Program-made: the position numbers and the translations under genes
Origin: Perna viridis
Taxonomy: Eukaryota
Assembly: GCA_037379345.1 (NCBI GenBank)
Contig: CM074512.1
Location: 28,830,001 to 28,894,000, forward strand
Direction of reading: 5' to 3'
DNA length: 64,000 nt
Shown here: one piece after another, positions 63,391-64,000 of the stretch
Numbering within the stretch: the stretch's first letter is position 1
Layout of the letters: every line of letters starts with the position of its first letter
Notes under the pieces: model-generated
The model's database searches: none
What the model was told of the DNA's origin: nothing
What the model saw: only the letters and a program-made list of their open reading frames with translations

Positions 63391-64000
63391 CTACAATACA
63401 AAGAAACCAATACAGTACCTGTAAAACTAAACTCAAATACAAGTACAAACGCTAAATAGTTTCATAAAAACATCATCTGTATCATAAAATAATCAAATGT
63501 ATTTTCACTACTAGTGATTATTTAAATAAATACATAAACTTTAAAAAAAAAAAAAACTAACAACATGATTGTTGTATTGGGTTTAAAATAATTATGGTAG
63601 AAAAAAGTTGAGAGAAAAACTAATCAAACTTAAAGTGACCAATCATCATCTGATTAAGGCAATTAATCTAGTCTATAATAACATCGACACTTAATTCAAA
63701 CATGATTTTGCAAACCCAACAAAAATGCAAAAATCAGTGAAATTGGAAGATAACATAGAGTAAAAAAAAAAGGAAATCTGGATTTGAAAAAGCGGAATTC
63801 CGTTTTATAACCAAAAAAAATCATGTCTGTTAATTTCTAGCAAGACTTTTGGTGATGGAAAAGTTACTAGAATTCAGTAAAAACAAATAAATAATTATCA
63901 AAGCTGCAATAATAGGTAAATGAAGCAATTTCAGAAATGTCAAAATATATTGTGAAGAACTGAAATCTTCCACTCTACTAGTGTTTAAATTAACAACTCA

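Overview
Eukaryotic, AT-rich, intron-rich genomic DNA. The repeat families and gene style suggest a bivalve mollusc, possibly Mytilus-like (inference only). I reconstructed four spliced genes by hand. (1, 2) Two tandem, intact Na+/K+-ATPase beta-subunit paralogs on + (5907-10501 and 11272-19089), six coding exons each with identical intron phases. (3) eIF4A on + (25357-35762) with a TCT/TOP promoter and a candidate upstream alternative first coding exon at 24500. (4) The 3' part (15 exons) of a type II diacylglycerol kinase (delta/eta class, C-terminal SAM domain) on -, convergent with eIF4A. Between and inside these lie decayed Penelope-like (Naiad-type) retroelement copies, many TIR MITEs and several minisatellites. 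Best leads: a UGA-CAA stop in DGK whose readthrough would append a PDZ-ligand-like tail (QRKFGSEM); an in-frame alternative eIF4A first exon giving an 89-aa basic, disordered N-terminus; only ~110 nt between the poly(A) signal of beta-paralog 1 and the ATG of paralog 2, both ATGs preceded by TTAG; a ~375-nt H/ACA-like fold with a CAB-like loop in eIF4A intron 1; and a candidate poison exon in the last eIF4A intron. Most ORFs in the supplied track are spurious.
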